From the NCBI GenBank assembly GCA_958009085.1, contig OY253672.1, positions 620,001 through 684,000 on the forward strand: a stretch of 64,000 nt of DNA. The letters run 5' to 3'. The DNA is from Protoeuglena noctilucae. Its lineage: Eukaryota. Of this stretch, positions 62,501 to 64,000 are shown one piece after another. How positions within the stretch are numbered: position 1 is the stretch's first letter; every line of letters begins with the position of its first letter. The notes beneath the pieces were generated by a model. It was not told the origin of the DNA. It did no database searches and saw only the letters and a program-made list of their open reading frames with translations. A program made the translations under genes and the position numbers.

Positions 62501-64000
62501 GACTGAGACGCCCCGTGGGCTGCCGGCGTCGCCCATGCCAGTCCCCAGGCCCACCGCTCCATCTGCCGCCCCGCCATCCTGGCCACCCGCAGCACCGGGC
62601 GCTTCCTCGCCCTTCTTGCCCTTTCCCTGCTTTGGCCGCGGTGCCCTCGCTGACTTGGCCTGCCCACCCTTGCCCTGACCCCCCTGTCTGCGACTGCGAC
62701 TAGCCTGGCCCTGACCACCGCTGCCCAGACCGGCACCCGCGGGGAGCTGGGGCAAGGGCGCGGCAACCACGGGAGCCACCGTCTCGATACTTGCCGGTTC
62801 TCCGATCGCAACACCTGCTTCTGCCCCGCCCACCAGCGCCTCATTCGCAACGCCCACGCCCTCCTCTGGCTTGCTTGCTGCCACACCAACCTCACCTCCC
62901 TCCCCTTTTGCTCCCCTCTTCACTTTCCCGCGCGTTGGCTCTGGCTTTGGCTTTGTCGACCCCTGCACCTGCACTGGACGCGCCTTGCGGCCCCGGAGCT
63001 CCGTCACTTGGCTGGGCCCGCCATCGACAGGCGCCCCTTCCACTGCTCCAGCAGCCGCCCTCTCCAACACCCCAACGCCCTCCCCGCCCCCTGCGTCGGC
63101 CGCCCCTCCCACTGCCCCATCGCCCTCTGCATCAACCGCCTCCGCCCCTCCGCCCTCACGCACCCTCCCCCGCCCTTCACCAACCTCGCCTTTGACCCAT
63201 ATCGCGTCGCACGCGCCCTCCATCACCTCCTCCGCCGCTTCTTGCATCGCAGCAGGCGCCGACGGGTCCGCCTTGCCGCGACCCGCACTGCGCGCCTGTC
63301 CCCGTGTCTGCTTCCCCCGTGCCGGCACACTCACACCCTCCTCGCCCCTCGCACCCTCCGTCGCAGCCCCAACCTCTGCCCCAGCTCCTCGCTTAGTCCT
63401 GGCCCTCTTCGGACCCCCACCAGCCCCACCGCCACCGCTAGGCGCCGTGGACTCTCCCTGCCCTGGGCCCGCCGCCACCACGTCCGCCGCCGCATCACCC
63501 GCCCCCCTCTTTCGCTTGCGCCCCTTCGCTTCCCCAGCGCCCTCGACTCCCGGCCCCCTCACTGCCACGCTCACATCTCCCACGACAACTTCACTCGGAC
63601 CGGGCGCTCCCGCCGCCCTCGCCCGCGTCCCTGCTCCCTTCCCTCGCTTCCCGCCCCTCCCCGCCCCCTCGGCGCCCGCCTCGTCCTGCACTGTAGCTGC
63701 TGCTCCTTGCTTCGGCCTTGCTTGCTTCGGCCTCCTGGCGCTTGCGACCTTCGTGCCACCGTCCCCACCCGCATCCTCTGGAGCCTCCTTCCGCACCGCA
63801 GCACCACGCCCCGCCTTGCCACCCTTGTTCTCTCGAACGCGCCGTTTGACCGCCGGTGCCCCTGCGCCAGTCTCAGCGACGGGGGCCGGGAGAAGCTGTG
63901 GTGGTGCGTCCGGCCGCCCCTCCCCACCCGCTGCGTGCGTCTCAGGGGCGAGCTTCGAGACGGACCCCAACTTGGCCGCTTCGCACGTCTCGCACACATA
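56527..64000 (-). CDS. KDM3/JHDM2-type JmjC histone demethylase (plant JMJ25/IBM1-like) with Cys-rich zinc fingers; 5' end lies beyond the window
   Basis: Zn fingers FCHDCQR...CCQSC...LCASCL...CVVCRGLCHCKSC and VICDRCCTSI...RTC...C. JmjC motifs [92 protein letters not shown]. The Fe ligands H-x-D...H are intact. Confidence 0.92.
58751..58828 (+). repeat. Intronic (CA)n and (CACCCR)n microsatellite
   Basis: cacacacacacacacac followed by cacacccacacccacacccgcacccgcacccgcaccc. Confidence 0.8.
62150..62385 (-). repeat. Coding tandem repeat (~36 nt / 12 aa, ~6 copies) in the JmjC N-terminal exon
   Basis: Translates as GVVPVMGGGREA / GVMPMVEGVREA / GVTPGMGGVREA / ...LESAREA / GSVPVIEGGRQA. Confidence 0.8.

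Noticed and set aside
1..64000. Most long ORFs in the six-frame track (e.g. 47631-49079, 58307-59599, 61413-62678)
   Set aside because: They are antisense or off-frame shadows of GC-rich exons and low-complexity introns, with Pro/Arg/Gly-biased translations and no domain motifs.
1..64000. Reassigned stop codons (TAA/TAG as Gln, as in some ulvophytes)
   Set aside because: Recognisable exons contain no in-frame TAA/TAG, and TAA (27431) and TAG (24715, 54741) terminate genes.

Overview
This window is GC-rich, gene-dense, intron-rich eukaryotic nuclear DNA. It most likely comes from a flagellated green alga: it has plastid-targeted IspE, SppA and PGDH alongside ciliary IFT140 and DRC9, and uses the standard genetic code. 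I reconstructed 22 spliced protein-coding genes by hand: IFT140 (3' part), two orphan coiled-coil genes, DRC9/IQCG, prefoldin 1, SKA3-like, an EEP-nuclease+SAP gene, an FAD oxidoreductase, PGDH, SEC14-like, DPH5, ispE, a tRNA-binding OB-fold protein, RBM42-like, sppA, U1-70K, a histidine phosphatase, a Polo-like kinase, REX1-B-like, a small secreted peptide and a KDM3-type JmjC demethylase (3' part). I found no rRNA, tRNA, CRISPR array or autonomous transposon. The most unusual region is a visibly AT-richer island (~21.9-24.8 kb) with a 9-exon gene encoding a DNase I/APE-like (EEP) domain fused to a C-terminal SAP domain. That gene has a single frameshift at a phased A_AAA_AAA heptamer and an intron containing back-to-back AG|GT sites. 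Other notable patterns are degenerate copies of exon-intron junctions inside introns, many GC-AG introns, G-rich/C-rich bipartite introns, and a Polo box lacking the His/Lys phosphate pincer. All gene models and family calls come from manual reading and motif recall, not database searches.
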